Part shown: in pieces, positions 33,746-50,576 of the stretch | Layout of the letters: each line of letters opens with the position of its first letter | Position numbering within the stretch: position 1 is the stretch's first letter | Assembly: GCF_009914755.1 (NCBI RefSeq) | Contig: NC_060925.1 | Source of the DNA: the human T2T-CHM13v2.0 reference genome, Homo sapiens | Length of the DNA: 64,000 nucleotides | Strand: one strand, 5' to 3' | Made by a program: the position numbers and the translations under genes | Notes under the pieces: model-generated | Told to the model about the DNA's origin: nothing | Databases searched by the model: none | The model's input: the letters and a program-made list of their open reading frames with translations, nothing else

Positions 33746-35727
33746 GCTCCTATTGGATAAATTCTAACACAGATAGCAAGTTTCAACTCTGAGCAAAATA
33801 TAAAAATCAACGGCCTGAAGGCATTGGAGAACAATCGAAAGCAGGCAGAAACTAGGGGTGTGGTTTACTCTTTTAAAAAATGGATAACACGGAGTAAGTG
33901 TCCTGTTTTGTGACTTTCTGTCTGAGGGCAGTCCTCAGTTGCAGACATAAAAAGCATCTAAATATGATAGAAACCTGCATTCTTACTGGCTTGAAGAATG
34001 AAAAAACAAAGTTTGGGTCACCATAATGCCTGGAAAATAAGCAGTGAAATTTCTAAATAAAGAGTCAGAGTGGTATAGCCTTATATTCTATGTATTAACT
34101 CTACCCAAGTATCTGGCCAACCCCTGAATTCCACATGCACGGGGCCACCTCCAAGCTGTCCAACAATGGCTAAAACAACTGGCAAAATATTTCAATTATT
34201 GCTTACTACTGGAAAGACAATTTGGGGCTTGAGCCTGCTAAAAAAACAACAGATTTTTATTTAAAGATATTCTTCAGAGGAATACAACATAATTTAAAAT
34301 CTCTTCAATTTGTCATTTAAAATATTCAAGATACTAGCCAAAATTATTAGACATATTAAAAAATAGGTAAACAAAAACCATTCTTAAGAAAAGAGGCAGT
34401 CAATGGAGACCAAACCCGAGATGTTCCATATGTTGTATTTAATTAGCAAAAATTTTGAAGCGATTATTACAACTATGCTTAAAGATACAAAAGAAAATAT
34501 TCCTGAGATGAATAAACAGATAGAAAATCTCAGCAGATAAATTTTTTAAACCAATAAAAAAGGGCCAATAAAGATACTAGAATAAAAACATACAATATCT
34601 GAAATAATATCATTATAAAGTCTTAAACACAGATTGGGAGGGCAGAAGAGTCACTGAATGAAAAGATAGATCAGTAGAAATTAACCCACTTAAGGAAGAT
34701 AGAGTTAGAAGATTGAGAAAATAAAGGAACATAGTCTCATGAAACTACATATTTAGGATCAGGAAGTTGGATGCTACCTTCTCCCTTAGGGAGAAACTAA
34801 TTCCTCATAGTTATTTTTACAGCATTAAAGTGTTCACAGGTTATTGCTCTGTCTGTAAGTACAGAAATGGTAGTAGAGAATCAAAAGAGCAGCAACATGA
34901 CTGATCTAATGGATTCTATTAGTTAATGGAATCTAGTAGCCAACTGAGTAAGCAGGTTAACAAAACATTTTCACCTGCTCCATGAGACTCTGACTCTGGA
35001 TCAACAACCTAGGTCTGTATTTACCAGATAAAACAGTATGTGTTAACAACACTGCTAGGCAACATTGCTTATGATAAAAATAATCCCCAGCTGGTAAAGT
35101 ACATCTAGGCTTAGAGAACTATAAATACCTGAGAGAAAGTAATAGTTTAGGCTTTCCTGAGTATAGTGACCCTTGTAACTGGTACATCTCTTTCAGTGAC
35201 CCCAAGGTCTATATATGAAATGTAAAAATAGATATTGGCTCTTGTGGAAAACTGAGGCTTCTTTGGTAAGGGAGATTGTACCACCCACTGATGTAGATCT
35301 CATCTCCTTGCATTTGAGCTGGAGAAAAAATAGTTCCTACACCTATGAGTACACCTGGAGAGAAAATACCTCCTGGAGCTAGCTGCCTACTGCTACAGGG
35401 ACTGCTCTAGTAAGGACTCTTGTTTAGAGAAGCTACCTTGCTGGCAAGCTAAGGTTCTTGTTCTATGCCTTTTTAAGTAGACTAGTACCAAACATAACCT
35501 GTGGTGGTCTCATGATTCTGAATATTTACTTGAACCTACAAAGATAGCATGGTGGCCACTGGAGATGAGCAATTAAAACAGTGGTTTCCAAAATGAGATT
35601 TGTGATTCTCAGAGGCTGTGCAAGACTATCTCCTGAAGCACAGCAAATAAAAAAAAAAGGACTTTTACTTATATTCATTTTTTAATCCCATATTTTAAAT
35701 TTTTGCTTTATACAAAAGTTGTATGAT

Positions 35728-38013
35728 TGATATGGTTTGGCTGTGTCCCCACATAATCTCAACTTGAATTGTATCTTGCAGAATTCCCACGTGTTGTGGG
35801 AGGGACCCAAAGGGAGGTAATTGAGTCATGGGGACCCGTGTTTCCCATGCTATTCTCATGATCGTGAATAAGTCTCACTAGATCTGATGGGTTTATAAGA
35901 GTTTCCACTTTTGCTTCTTCCTCATTTTTCTCTTGCCACCTCCATGTAAGAAGTGACTTCTGCCTCCTGCCATGATTCTGAGGCCTCCCCAGCCATGCGG
36001 AACTGTAAGTCCAATTAAACCTCTTTTCTTCCCAGTCTCAGGTATGTCTTTATCAGCATCATGAAAACAGACTAATACAGTAAGTTGATACCAGTACAGT
36101 GGGGCATTGCCGAAAAGATACCTGAAAATGTGGAAGTGACTTTGGAACTGGGTAACAGGCAGAGATTGGAACAGTTTGGAGGGCTCAGAAGAAGATAGGA
36201 AGATAAGGGAGAGTTTGAAACTTCCTAGAGACTTGTTGAATGGCTTTGCTCAAAATGCTGATAGTGATATGGACAATAATGTACAGACTGAGGTGGTCTC
36301 AGATGGAGATGAGGAACTTGTTGGGACCTGGAGCAAAGGTGACTTGTTATGTTTTAGCAAAGAGACTGGCAGCATTTTGCCCCTGCCCTAGAGATTTGTG
36401 GAACTTTGAACTTGAGAAAGATGATTTAGGGTATCTGGCAGAAGAAATTTCTAAGCAGCAAAGCATTCAAAAGGTGACTTAGATACTGTTAAAGGCATTC
36501 AGTTTTATAAGGGAAGCAGAGCTAAAAGTTTGGAAAATTTGCAGCCTGACTATGCGAAACCAATTTTCTGGGGAGAAAAGAGAAACCAATTTTCTGGGGA
36601 GAAATTCAAGCCCGCTGCAGAAATTTGCATAAGTAGCAAGGAGCCTAATGTTAATCCTCAAGACCATGGGGAAAATGTCTCCAGGCCACGTCAGAGACCT
36701 TCACAGCAGCCCCTCCCATCACAGGTCCAGAGGCCCAGGAGGAAAAAGTGGTTTTGTGGGCCAGGCTCAGGGTACTGGTGCTGTGTGCAGCCTAGGGACT
36801 TGGCGCACTGTGTCCTAGCCACTCCAGCTGTGGCTGAAAGGGGCCAAGACAGAGCTCGGGCAGTGGCTTTAGAGGGTGGAAGCCCCAAGCCTTGGCAGCT
36901 TCCATGTGGTGTTGAGCCTGCAGGTGCACAGAAGTCAAGAACTGAGGTTTGGGAACCTCCGCCTAGATTTCAGAAAATGTATGGAAATGCCTTGGATGCC
37001 CAGACAAAAGTTTGCTGCAGGAGCGAGGCCCTTATGGAGAACCTCTGCTAGGGTAGTGTGGAAAGGAAATGTGGGGTTGGAGCCCCCACACAGTGTACCT
37101 ACTGGGGCACTGCCTAGTGGAGCTGTGAGAAGAGGCCACCATCCTCCAGATCCCAGAATGGTAGACCCACCGACAGCTTGCACCGTGAGCCTGGAAAAGC
37201 CACAGACACTTAATGCCGGCCTGTGAAAGCAGCCAGGAGGGAGGCTGTACCCTGCAAAGCCACAGGAGTGGAGCTGCTCAAGACCATGGGAATCCACCTC
37301 TTGCATCAGCGTGACCTGAGTGTGAGACCTGGAGTCAAAGGAGATCATTTTGGAGCTTTAAGATTTGACTGCCCCACTGATCTTGGACTTGTATGAGCCC
37401 TGTAACCCCTTTGCTTTGACCAATTTCTCCCATTTGGAATGGCTGTATTTACCCAGTACCTGTACCTCCATTGTATCTGGGAAGTAACTAGTTTGCTTTT
37501 GATTTTACAGGCTCATAGGCAGAAGGTACTTGCCTTGTCTCAGACGAGACTTTGGACTGTGGATTTTGGGTTAATGCTGAAATGAGTTAAGACTTTGGGG
37601 GACTGTTGGGATGGCATGATTGGTTTTGAAATGTAAGGACATGAGATTTGGAGGGGCCAGGGGCAGAATGATATGGTTTGGCTATGTCCCCACATAATCT
37701 CAACTTCAATTATATCTCCCAGAATTCCCACATGTTGTGGGAGGGACCCAGCAGGAGGTAATTGAATCATGGGGGCCGGTCTTTCCCATGCTATTGATAG
37801 TGAATAAGTCTCACCAGATCTGATAGGTTTATCAGGGGTTTCCACTTTTGCTTCTTCCTCATTTTTCTCTTGCCGCTGGTGTGTAAGAAGTGCCTTTAAC
37901 CTCCCGCCGTGATTCTGAGGCCTCCCCATGTAAAACTCTAAGTCCAATTAAAACTCTTTTTCTTCCCAGTCTCGGGTATATCTTTAACAGCAGCATGAAA
38001 ACAGACTAATACA
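35728..38013 (+). mobile_element. Full-length THE1A (ERVL-MaLR): 5' LTR 35728-36079, internal 36080-37668, 3' LTR 37669-38013
   Basis: Both LTRs run tgatatggtttggct...gactaataca. Purine tract precedes the 3' LTR. Perfect 5-bp TSD ATGAT at 35723-27 and 38014-18. Confidence 0.95.
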
Positions 38014-38577
38014 ATGATGTACAGTATATACCTATCTTAAAGGAAAGTCTCAAAAATCTTTTACTGATAGTCATAAACAATAAAAAATTTGAAATTCACT
38101 GAATCAGAAAATAGAAAGTATTTTCAAGCACAAATAGAACATTTGTAAAAATTCGCCATTTGCTAAATTCAAGCTTTAAAAATACAAAAGATCTGAAAGC
38201 ATTGCTATATTCTTTGATTAATATGTAATGACATTAGAAATCAATTTTTTAAAAAAGTTAAGTTAAAAAAAGAGCCCTGTACTTGGAAATCTAAACACAT
38301 ACTTCTAAATAAATGATAGATCAAATAAGAAATAATAGTGAAAATTAGAAATTATTCAGAACTGATTTATAGTGAAAATACTATAACATATCACAACTTT
38401 GTCAATGCTGACAAAACAGAACTTAGAAGGAAATTTATACTGCTTAAATGTTTATATTAGAAAGAAGAATGGCTGAAAATTAATGAGGTCCACTCAAGAA
38501 GTTAGTAAAAGCACAACCACATAATTTCCAAGAAAATAAAATGGAGGAGGGAATGAAACTAATGAAATAAAAAACAA

Positions 38578-38864
<287 letters not shown>

Positions 38865-39377
38865 TCACAAAATCAAAAGTATATCCTCTAAATGATTAAT
38901 AGAGTAGTCTCTAACAAAATTTATCAAGAGGAAACAAAGGAACAAAGGCATTTCAAGGAAAACAACCCACAGATGGTATTGGTTATAAACATTTCAGCTT
39001 TCTAGAATAAATTAGAATTTTAGAAAACATATATCCATCATTATGCGTTAGACAGCTTCCAATATGTCGAGACATTCCTGATGAGAGCTGTGGTATTAAC
39101 CAATGTGATTTTTAAAAATACTGTAAATAAAATGTGACAGAATTTGTAAGATCTACATAACTCAGTCTTAAATGTGAAAAGCAAAACTTACCACATTCAA
39201 GAGATAATATAAAAGAACAGCTTTATCACACTAGGCCAGTATAGAATAACTTAAAAACATACTCCAGAAGCATACAACCATAAAGGAAAATACTGAATTG
39301 GCTATATTAAAAAAAAACAAAAAACAAAACTCTGTACAACAACAGACAGCATTTAAAAATTAAAAGACAAGCTACAA

Positions 39378-39748
<371 letters not shown>

Positions 39749-41997
39749 CTACAAATCAATAGGAAAATACAATTAAAAAATAGTCAAAAGATATGAGCAA
39801 ACAATTCACAAAAGAAAACAAAGGAGTTAAAACATAAGAAATAAATGCTTAATCTTACCAGTAGTCAGGGAAATTCAAACAATAAGATGGCACATTTCAT
39901 GCATTACAGTGCCAAAAGTAATATGTCTAATAACACCAAATGTTGCCGAGGAGAGTTCCTGTTGGTGGTAATGTAAGTTAGAATACCATTTTGGAGAACA
40001 AACTGACAACATTCACTGAGGCCAATGATGTATATATCATATATCCTCCTGAATGTACTCTTAGGCATATATTAATACAGCTAAAGAAAGTCTTTCACAT
40101 GTGCACAAAAGGCAGACAAAAGTATGCCCTCTGTAATATTGTTTGCAGTAATAAAAAGCTGGAAAAAAATCCAAATATCCTTTGCCAGGAAAATGGATAA
40201 ACTGTTAAGGAGGCAGACAATGGAACACTGTACTAGCAGTTTCCATTTAGTTAGTTTGACTGTATTTAGCAGTCAAACTAAATAAATCCCAAGCATGTAA
40301 CATTGTACACAAAAAATAGATGCAAGAGAATATGGGCAGCATGATGCCATTCACAGTTTTAAAACATGCAAAACAAATAATATAGATTGTTAATGGCTAT
40401 ATTATATGCAATACAAATATAAACACATTTGTAGGAATGATGAGTATCAAATCAATATAATAGTGGTTACCTCTGGGAAGGCACAGAGGAAAATGGCGTT
40501 ACAACTAAGCAGAAAAGTTTCTATTATACTTGTAATGTTTAATATGTAAAAAACAAAAATCACATGAAGCAAGTATGCCAAAAGGCAAGCAATTCAAAAG
40601 GCAGCCATTCATCTTCATCCTTTTATGAATGTTTCAAATATTTCTTAAAAAGTCCTCAAAAAACCTTAGACAACAAACTCTTCTGAAAATACTTTATTAT
40701 TGAAGATAAAAAGAGGCATTGTCATTAACTTTATCTCCATCTTCTAATCCCACTCTACCCTTATATAAATCCTTCTCAATATCAAGGAGCCTAGGGTGGG
40801 AGCATTGTATATAGTGGAGGAGGGTGACAGAAAGTTAACATTTGCTAGACAAAATATATTATCTTATTTAAATTGCTATTAAAGACATTAAAAATGGGAT
40901 TCAGAGAGCTTGAGCCACTTGCCCATAGTCTCACAACCAAAAAGAAGTGACAGTAAGATTCAAGCTGAGTATGTCTGGCTTCAAAGCCTCTATTTTTTTT
41001 TTTTTTCACTACTGTTTTGACAGCAAGAAAAGAATTCTTCTTGAAGGTATAATTAACCTATCACCTGTTCCTATGTCCAGGATAGAAGTAACACAAGTAC
41101 TGCAGCTTGTTCATCATGTCACACAGGAGCATAGATCCAGGCAAGGAAGTGGTATTATTGGAAACTGTGGAGAAGGAAATACATGCAGAGTTTGATGATA
41201 TAATAATTTTCCAAACTTATTATTTATGCCATGGGCCATTTAGATTCTTATCTCCTCCTAGGAACTTTGGAGGTGATGCCAATTTTACAAATATATTCTC
41301 CAAGTCCACTAATCTACGCAGACATTTGCTCCCTTTCCATTGTGAGCTGAAAGAGCACCTATTGTTGGTAGCGAACAACTTTGAGAGTTTAACAAATATA
41401 AATACACTGAAATATGTTTCCTAAATTACCAGAATAATGGAAGCACTAGACTCTCTGTCCAGTTTAAGGCCTTGGTTTTATACCTCTGAGACAAGGGACA
41501 GTTGGTGAGGTATAACTTTTATTTATGTATAGTAAGCCAAGATTTATGTAGTCAGTTACTTTGGCTGTCATTCAGAAACCAATTCCTCCATTGCCTCTCT
41601 TCATCATTACTGATTTTTGTTTCCTGGGAAACAACATAACTCTAATTAGAGAATGAGCCCACATTCCAGAGATGCAAATCCCCCTTTCCTCCCTCAACTT
41701 TTCCTTGGTCTCTTTGGACCCTCGTAACACAATATCTGGTGGCCCCAACTGTCCTTTTCTCCTTGCCTTGGCAGAAATCCAGTGCCTAGAGCTATGTCCT
41801 CCACTTTTTATCTTCCATCTGCAGAGTAACAGTGAAAGATGTAGAGGCCTGTACCCCAGGCAGCTGTACGACTCAGACTGGATCTGCACTCAGGCCTGCT
41901 GGCTTGCTAGAAATAAAAGACCATTAACTATGGTGTGGGGATGGAAACCTCTGCTAAATACACACATAGGCATGACCCCCTTCCCACGACGTGTCCC

Positions 41998-42008
41998 TCT
42001 CTCTCTTA

Positions 42009-42041
<33 letters not shown>

Positions 42042-42061
42042 ACACACACACACACACACAC
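41998..42061. repeat. (CT)n(CA)n microsatellite
   Basis: Direct reading. Confidence 0.9.
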
Positions 42062-43451
42062 CTTTGAGAGGAGAGGGTCTATAAAATTCCCCACATATGG
42101 TGAACATATTTTAGGGGAAGCACATGACTAGAGGCCAGTGGGAGAGAAAGAAAAAGAAAATAATGAGAAAAATCTTCAGTAAGTCTGAATTGTTCCAGTC
42201 AGACTGCTGAGAAAGAATGCAAAGGATTGGAGATGAAAATTACTGGTAAAAGTCAACATTGTAACATAGCTAAATCCTTTCCCTATTTCAAGCCATCATT
42301 AGAACATTTTCTAATGTTCAACAATAGCACACAGAAAAATAGCCTTTATAATTTAGCTGTAAGTAATTTGCTTAACACAACGAATATAGCTGAAAAAATC
42401 ACATTATAAAATAATATTTTTCTCTAACTCATAATTTCAAAAATTCTTAATTTTACTTGTAAATAATTGTGTGATGGGGAGGTGGGTATAACTAATGTTA
42501 ACTGGAATTGGCTCCCAAAACATTAAATAAAATTGTTTTCTAAATTCTTATCCTTTCTGTTATATATTTAATGATCAATTAAATGCTTAAATACACTATA
42601 AACCTACCAGTATAAAGGAAATAGCAAAAAGCCTTTTAAAAATGTAGATAAATAATCTCTAATTTATCTGTTTTGTAAGTTAAGGACTGATTTATCAAAT
42701 CTTCTCAAAATTAAACCAGAAGAAATTATTTTTTCTTCAGCTTTAAAGAGTCATTGGTAGAAGGTAATCAGATCATCCAAACACAAACTGATAATAAAAG
42801 GTCTGCATAACTGAGTGGTGTAGTAGAAGAAACACTGGCCTAGTGTACTCTTGGGCTTCATTTTTTAAGGGATTTCTAGCTAAGCTGAGTTTAGATTTTT
42901 ACATGAGGGCAGGAGAGAGACGCTGATGTGTTTTTAGTAGAAAGGTGACTGTGGCTGCCTTGTGGGGAATGAACTGCCAAACTGTGAGGCTAGGGCAGGA
43001 GTGAAAGAGTAATTTAATTGTTCAGGTGAGAAATAATGAGGGCCTTGAGGTCAGCCCCAACTCCCCACTTCCCCTCCACAAGCATCTCCAGAAGCAGAGA
43101 CGTGAGGGCTGGAGAAGGGTATGTAGGCAGGGGACAGAACAAGGTTCCCGCCTCATGAGTACATCTTCCGTAAGTGGTGCTTTAGGGGAAAACTGTAAAA
43201 GCCCTGGCTTTGCCACCTACAAACTGGGTGACCTTAGGCAGCTAATGAAAAAGTTCTATATGCTGAGTATTTACTAAGTACCAGGTACTGCTCAAAGATA
43301 ATTTTAAGTACATTTTCAATTTACTTAATCTCTTCATACCTTAATTTATTCATTAGTGAAAGATAACAGTAATATTTAATTCCTGTGGCTGTTTTGATGA
43401 TTAAGAGAGAAGTCATATACATGAAATAGCTTGGTAAACCTAACACATTGT

Positions 43452-43995
<544 letters not shown>

Positions 43996-44039
43996 TTATT
44001 TTCTTTTCAGCTCCCCCACTACTGAAGACTATACAGATT

Positions 44040-45125
<1,086 letters not shown>

Positions 45126-46057
45126 GAATTCTTCCTAGCATTGCCTGTTAAAAAGAAGAAAAAGAAAAAAAGACTTTTTTTCTTGATTTTTGTATTACAA
45201 AACATAAGTCATCACCATGATGATCTTTCACCTACTAGAACTCTGTATATAATGGGGTCATGTGGCTAAGATAATAACTGTTTCCAGAAGACTAGTTTAT
45301 TCACTTATACTTCTACTTGAAAATGGTTCTAAGAAGCAAAAGCCAATACATGCCTTCATGGCTCTAAGATAAGGCATGAGGAGGACCTTTCCATCATCAC
45401 CCATGAACAAACTGAAGCATTATGGCCATTCTAAAGAAGCTGATGTCTAATGTTCATTTCCAGGCAATCCACGGGCAGTAGGTAAGCACAGCTTCTACTC
45501 AAATTAATGAAAATGGTGATGAGCAACTATGTGGGACAGCAGTTTATAGTCACTAACCATCAGTTAACACAGATTAGTGTAAAGAGAAAGCAACTAAAAA
45601 ACTAAGGTTTATTTTTAAGTTCAAAATAATTAACTTTATAGCAAACAGAAAACTTGATCAATACATCAAAGGTGTGAAAAAAAGTAGAAGCATAAAAAAT
45701 CAAAGTTTTAATTCTTTTTAAGCCCAGGACTAACTTTACAGGAAATAAATTAAAATTTGATGAACAAATCAAAAGGCATAAAAAAAAGAGACTTAAGATC
45801 CATAATCAAATGTAATATGTGAACCTTGGTAGATCTTCACTCAAACAAGCCTACTATAAAAGTCATTTTTGGGAGAGTCAGGGTAATTTGGGTATTAGAT
45901 GATAATATGGAATTGTCATTGTTAGGCGTCATTACAGTATTATGGTTATGTAAGAAAATTTCCTGAATTTATAGTGGCATGCTAAAATATTTAGGGATTG
46001 GAATGCCATGATGTGTGGTATCTGCTTTGAAATACTTCAACAAAGAAAATAACATCA

Positions 46058-46365
46058 ACCAGGCACAGTGGCTCATTCCTATAATCCCAACACTTTGGAA
46101 GGCCAAGTTGGGAGAATCACTTGAGCTCAGGAATTTGATACCAGCCTGGACAACGTTGTGAGACCCCATCTCTCCAAAAAAAAAGCCAGGTGTGGTAGAA
46201 TACACCTGTAGTCCTAGCTATTACTCAGGTGGCTAAGGTAGGAGGATCCTGAGCCCAGGAATTCGAAGTTGCAGTGAGCTATGATCACACTACTGCACTC
46301 CAGCCTGGGCAACAGAGCAAGACCATATCTCTAGTTCAAAAAAGAAAAAAAAAAAAAGAAAAGAA
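46058..46365 (+). mobile_element. AluJ
   Basis: TSD aagaaa(a/g)taacatca. Confidence 0.87.
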
Positions 46366-47229
46366 AGTAACATCAGTGAGACAAATAATGAAATGTTAAC
46401 AAGTGATGGGGTATAGTATACTACTCTCTCTATTGTTATAAATTTTTTTAAATATTTTTAAATAAAATTACATTTTTTAAAAAGGGGGAAAGAAAGCCTG
46501 ATAAAATATCCCATCCATCCATCCATCCATAGAGTTGTAGTAAGGTTGGTTGCCTGAGCCAAAGGACGAAATGGCTAAGACCAAGTTTATCTTAGGTTAC
46601 AAAGACACCTGAGGAAATTTTTCATATTGCCTTTGTGAGACAAATTGTATAATGTAGGCAAGATGAGTACCTCCCTTAAATTTTGCTGGCAAACTATCAA
46701 AATTCTCCACAATGGAGCTGAAGTGAGGGATGGCAGGAGGTGAATTATAAAACAGCTTTACAACTGCATTAAGGCTATGAGGAGAAGACGGGCACATACC
46801 AGTCAAGTCTGTCCCTTCCACTCTCTGACCTAGACCCAATGAGCTCATTAGGTTCCATTTTAAGAGAAGGTGAATTTTGTCCCTCCTTAATGGGGAAGTC
46901 TTTACAAAGTCTCCCATATTGTGGGTTACTTCTTCAATTGCTATTTTGAACAACAAAGTTCCACATGGAAGAACATATCTCAATTATTGCAAATTTTAGA
47001 TGCTTATGAAGATCACTGCTAAAAATCCTTTACAAAGTGAAAAAAAATTATACTATGGTAATCATTCCTGAGAGATTGAGCTCAAAGTGCAAGTATAGGA
47101 TGTAGTTGTAAATAAGCCTTTAATATTAAAGATCACTTTAAAAAGCAATCTGGCAAGTGGTTACTTTGTGGAGATTAGACATTCATCTACAAGAAGTATG
47201 GAAATAGGTACTCGTGGCTGGGAATACAA

Positions 47230-47790
47230 TTTTTAGAAATAGTATCAGCTAAGGATCAAAAGCCAGCTTGTATTAAAAACAGCTTAGATGAAGTGAAGAT
47301 GATGTGCTTTGCAAAATGCATTAGGTGACTCAAAAAGTGGCTCTAATGATGAACAGCTCTCCAACATTGGCAATGGATGTGAAGCTCCAGGCACATTCTT
47401 TTCAGAAAGAAGGTGAGAGTGCTTTTGAGATAGGATGACCAAGAAGGCGAGAGACCCAGGGACAGCTAGTTTGTAGAAGGCAAGACCTATACAGTAAGGA
47501 CCTACGGGGTAAGATACAAATGGTACATAATAAATGTCTTTCCAAGTATTTGAAGAGCAGTTGTGTGGAAACAGAGTTGATTTATTGTTTTTTACAGAGC
47601 AGAAATTAAATGAATGAATGGAAACTATATGGAGGTAGATATTTGGTCAGTAAAAGCAAGTATTTTATAGTAACTGGATCTGTCCAACGCTGAATTTGAA
47701 AAGTCATGTGTAAGCAAAGCCTTCCTGACCAACTATAAGGAATGAAGTTGAGGTAAATTGACTTTATGGTCCTTTTAAAGATCAGATTCT
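47230..47790 (+). mobile_element. L3/CR1 fragment
   Basis: gtcttccaagtatttgaagagc...gaaactatatggaggtagat...ggtccttt resembles the CR1 3' region. Confidence 0.5.
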
Positions 47791-47855
47791 ATTATTTTAT
47801 CAAATTATCTACAAGCTGGCAACAAAGTTGATAACTGCATTTATTTTTTAAACAT

Positions 47856-48335
47856 ACAGTTGGCCCTCTGAATTTGTGTGTTCTGCATCCATGGACTCAA
47901 CCAAACAGCAGATTGAAAATATTAGGAAAAAACAACTAATAAAAATAACACCGCCACTATATATACACTATGGAATACTACACAGTCATAACAAGGAATG
48001 AAATCATGTCTTTTGCAGCAACATGGAGGCCAACATGAAATACAGGCCATTACCCTAAGTGAAATCATTCAGAAACAGAAAATCAAATATTGCATGTTCT
48101 CACTTATAAGTGGGAACTAAACAATAGGTACACATGGACATATAGAGAGAAATGGCAGACACTAGAGACTCCAAAAGCCAGGAAGAGGATGTTGGTTGAA
48201 AAATCACCTATTGAGTACAATGTTCACTATTTGGGTGACAGGTACACTAAAAGCTCAGACTTCACCACTACACAACATATCCATGTGACAAAACTGCACA
48301 TACACCTTCCTAATCTCTAAAAATTTAAAAAATTA

Positions 48336-48378
<43 letters not shown>

Positions 48379-48648
48379 CAGTGTGTATTTAGGCATCAAA
48401 AAATAACAATACCACGATAGAAAAATAATACAAATTAAAAAACAATACAGTATAACAACTATTTGCATAGCATTTATATTGTATTAGGTTATTATAAGTA
48501 ATGTAGAGATGGTTTAAAGTATACGAGAGAGTATGTGTAGGTTATATGCAAATATGATTCCATTTTATATAAGGAACTTGAGCATCTGCAGATTTTGGTA
48601 GCTTTGGTGGTCCTGGAGCCAACACTCTTTGGATGCCAAGGGATCATT
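47856..48648. mobile_element. MER2-like Tigger element interrupted by an L1MA 3' fragment (47958-48330) and (TA)n (48338-48372)
   Basis: cagttggccctctg...tctgcatccatggactcaacc...ttgagcatctgcagattttggta...ccaagggat. Confidence 0.7.
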
Positions 48649-49534
48649 ATACTCTTTTCGTTTATCACATATTTTTTAACTGTCTGCTCTGTAAGAATCA
48701 TTACATTAAGTTTTATGTATAACAAAACATATATAAAAATAATGATAGAAATGTACAATCAAGGAAGGTTGCATATATACATGCATGTTAACATGTACCA
48801 TAGCATGTATAACATACCATTCCTTGGCTGGGCTTTGTCCTAAGGTTAAAGCAGATACATAATGAAGGCATGATCTAGTTAGAATTTTCATCTTTTTCTA
48901 GGGTGTATCTTGATTGCCTTGTCTCTAGGCCAGACTATCGGCCTGTCCAAGAATAAACTGATTCATCCATAGTGAAGATATGAGTCAAATATTTTGGCTT
49001 TACTATGAAGCCTTTCTTGGCTTAGACACAACACACTGGGACTTTGTCTTCCAATTTCCCAACTTGTGCTATCAAATCTTCTCAAAAACTATTATAAAAA
49101 GAATGAACAATGGGAATCATCCAACAGACCTTCTAAATAGAACATCTAATAAAGCAACATTGGAATTACATAAAACTATTGGTCACTAACTTCTATCCTT
49201 GATCACAAGGAGATTAGTCAACAACACAAAGTAATCAGTTTGAAAGCAACCCAGCAGAGCAAAACAATTCCAGGGCTAGAAGTACTAATGAAACACAATT
49301 CTTGGTATATGAAGCATCATAAACTTACCGAATACAGTGGAGGAAAAGCTGAAAAATACTCTTGCAATATAATGATACTTAATGATATAAATACAAGTAA
49401 AACATTAAGCTGAAAAAAATCACATTTGAAAAAGTCACCTTCAAACACTTTTTAAAAATCACGAGCAGGGGCTGTATGAACCATTCAACATTTTTTCCTC
49501 AAATAATCTACACATAAGAGTTTTCTCAGTTCTA

Positions 49535-49936
<402 letters not shown>

Positions 49937-50057
49937 TTATTTTGTGCCTACACTGTAAATCACTATGCTAGGTGCTACTAGGCACAAAAAAATGATATTA
50001 AAAATGTTTTTGCACTCAAACATGTACAAATGCAAAGACATATAAGAAAAGATCTGC

Positions 50058-50576
<519 letters not shown>

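Noticed and set aside
36176-37348. Several ORFs in the THE1A internal region
   Set aside because: Fragmented remnants of the MaLR internal sequence, broken by stops and frameshifts.
41107-41424. 105-aa plus-strand ORF in apparently unique sequence
   Set aside because: Non-ATG start, no recognisable homology, and within chance expectation for 64 kb.
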